Assembly: GCA_963697725.1 (NCBI GenBank)
Contig: OY969096.1
Location: 1,947,438-2,011,437, forward strand
DNA from: an uncultured Solirubrobacteraceae bacterium
GTDB lineage: Bacteria; Actinomycetota; Thermoleophilia; Solirubrobacterales; Solirubrobacteraceae
Length of the DNA stretch: 64,000 nucleotides
Direction of reading: 5' to 3'
Every line of letters begins with the position of its first letter. The first letter of the stretch is position 1. A model generated the notes under the pieces. It was not told the DNA's origin and searched no databases. It saw only the letters and a program-made list of their open reading frames with translations. The translations under genes were made by a program, and so were the position numbers. Positions 62,728 to 64,000 of the stretch are shown piece after piece.

Positions 62728-64000
62728 TCAGCGCGCACACCTGCCCCCGCGTAGGCGGTAGATCGTGATCGTGGGCCCCGGCCGGTGGTAGGCCAGCGGG
62801 TAGTAGTCGAAGCTCCAGTCAAAGCCGAACGGCACCGGACCCGCGCCGGCGGCGTAGGGCGAGGAGCGGAATACGACTTCGCCGCGTTCTTTCAGCGCGC
62901 GGTAGTAGGCGATCGCCAGCGGCACCGCGCGCGGATCCGCGAACGCCCGGCCCGACTGCGTGGAGCCACTTACGACCCAGCAGTAGCCGCGCTGTTCGTA
63001 GTAGTCCACCAGCGCCGGGCTCAGCGTGCGCACGTAGTTCTCAAGGCCCACGATCTTCAAGCCGTGTTCGAGCAGCGGGCCCGAGGGATCGCTCGGCGAC
63101 AGGCGGCTGACGAGGTCCGGGTACTTGCGCCACACGCCGGGGTTCTCGCTCGGCGGCACGCTGCCGGGGTACTCGCGCGCCCACCCGTCTGGCGAGATCG
63201 GCTCCGCCACGATCCGCGCGCGGCGCGGCAGGTTCTCGAGCATCCATTCGCGGGTGAGGTTGCGCGTGTCCGCGCGCGCCAGCACGAGCCCGGAGTGGAC
63301 GCTGTAGACGAGCCCTTGGGCCAGCAGCAGCGCCGCCAGCACGCCCGCCGCCGCGAGCCCCACGGCTCTGCGGTGCGGGCGGATCGCCGCAGCGATCCAG
63401 GCCGCGGCCTGTAGCGCGAAGAACGCCGCCAGCAGGCACAGCAGCGGCAGGATCGGCATCAGCCAGCGCCCGAAGTAGCGGCCCTGAAGGCCCATGAACG
63501 CCAGGAACAGGATCGGCGCGGGCACCAGCAGCCAACCGAGCGCCTGCCTGCGCCACCAGATCGCGACCGCGCCGCCGAGCGCCGCGAGCGCGGGCAGCCA
63601 ACCGAGGCCCCAGCTCAGCGACCACAGGTAGTAGACGAGGCCGCCCCGTTTCGGCGCGCCGAGCTTGCCCTGGGCTTCGGCCGAGAGCGAGGACTGGTGG
63701 ACCAGTTCCGCGTGAAAGGCCTTGTAGTCCAGTAGCCAGAAGGGGTTTGCCGCGAAGAAGGCCGCGAACGCCAGCAGCGCCATCAGCGCGACGCCGAGCG
63801 CGGCGTGCAGCAGGGGCTTCGAGCGCTCCTCGGAGTTGGTGCCAAGGCCGGGTTTGGATGCGGGGTCGGGGTCGGAGCTGGAGCCGGGGTTGGCCTCGGG
63901 GTCGGGTTCCGAGTCGCCCCGCCACAGGACGCGCGCCGCCACCGCGGCGATGAACGGCAGCAGCACGATCCCCGCGGTGTACTTGGTCGCACACGCCAGC
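62728..64000 (-). CDS. GT-C glycosyltransferase (GT39/ArnT-like), 5' end outside window
   Basis: Frame stays open to the window edge (LACATKYTAG); NPFWLLD, RYFGRWLMPILP, many TM segments. Confidence 0.75.
   Translation of the reverse strand, partial: LACATKYTAGIVLLPFIAAVAARVLWRGDSEPDPEANPGSSSDPDPASKPGLGTNSEERSKPLLHAALGVALMALLAFAAFFAANPFWLLDYKAFHAELVHQSSLSAEAQGKLGAPKRGGLVYYLWSLSWGLGWLPALAALGGAVAIWWRRQALGWLLVPAPILFLAFMGLQGRYFGRWLMPILPLLCLLAAFFALQAAAWIAAAIRPHRRAVGLAAAGVLAALLLAQGLVYSVHSGLVLARADTRNLTREWMLENLPRRARIVAEPISPDGWAREYPGSVPPSENPGVWRKYPDLVSRLSPSDPSGPLLEHGLKIVGLENYVRTLSPALVDYYEQRGYCWVVSGSTQSGRAFADPRAVPLAIAYYRALKERGEVVFRSSPYAAGAGPVPFGFDWSFDYYPLAYHRPGPTITIYRLRGGRCAR

Noticed and set aside
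63-63994. Many long overlapping Arg/Ala/Pro-rich ORFs in the track (e.g. 63-998, 1585-3258, 27441-29063, 59651-61144)
   Set aside because: They are antisense or off-frame shadows of recognisable genes, expected at high GC, and show no protein motifs
1-64000. tRNA, rRNA, SRP RNA, riboswitches, IS elements
   Set aside because: No T-loop/anticodon-arm patterns, riboswitch cores or transposase motifs recognised by eye; an Infernal/tRNAscan run is needed to exclude them formally

Overview
GC-rich bacterial chromosomal window. Gene content and order (plsX, WhiG-type sigma factor, SepIVA-like protein, hopanoid genes, CSLREA surface protein) suggest an actinomycete, probably Thermoleophilia/Solirubrobacterales; this is inference, not a database result. 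Left to right: partial SpoIIE/PP2C phosphatase; flippase-like membrane protein; hopanoid operon shc-hpnC-hpnD-hpnE(frameshifted)-hpnG-hpnH; two GT-C glycosyltransferases around a small Cys protein; ALDH/ADH/SDR; standalone EAL; orphan SEDS; LCP; RNase HI; CSLREA protein; divergent EF-G paralogue; xerC-whiG-SQR-like-cyclase string; ilvD preceded by an uncharacterised two-gene module; thiD; then the conserved rpmB to rnhB housekeeping superoperon, the rib operon and a partial GT-C gene. No tRNA, rRNA, CRISPR array or transposase was recognised. Best leads: (1) a small protein with a ubiquitin/sulfur-carrier-like FFPRAAGG motif paired with a membrane-anchored Cys/Asp partner; (2) a twice-repeated ~62-bp intergenic element enclosed by sequence-different stems; (3) a one-base frameshift in hpnE at a G6 run; (4) a sigma28/WhiG-like promoter on a glycosyltransferase inserted between smc and ftsY; (5) a distinctive C-terminal domain on the CSLREA protein; (6) degenerate GTPase motifs in the EF-G paralogue and unusual tails on L19 and L32. 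Many start codons were trimmed from the ORF track using RBS, -10 elements or stop/start overlaps, and all motif reading was by eye.
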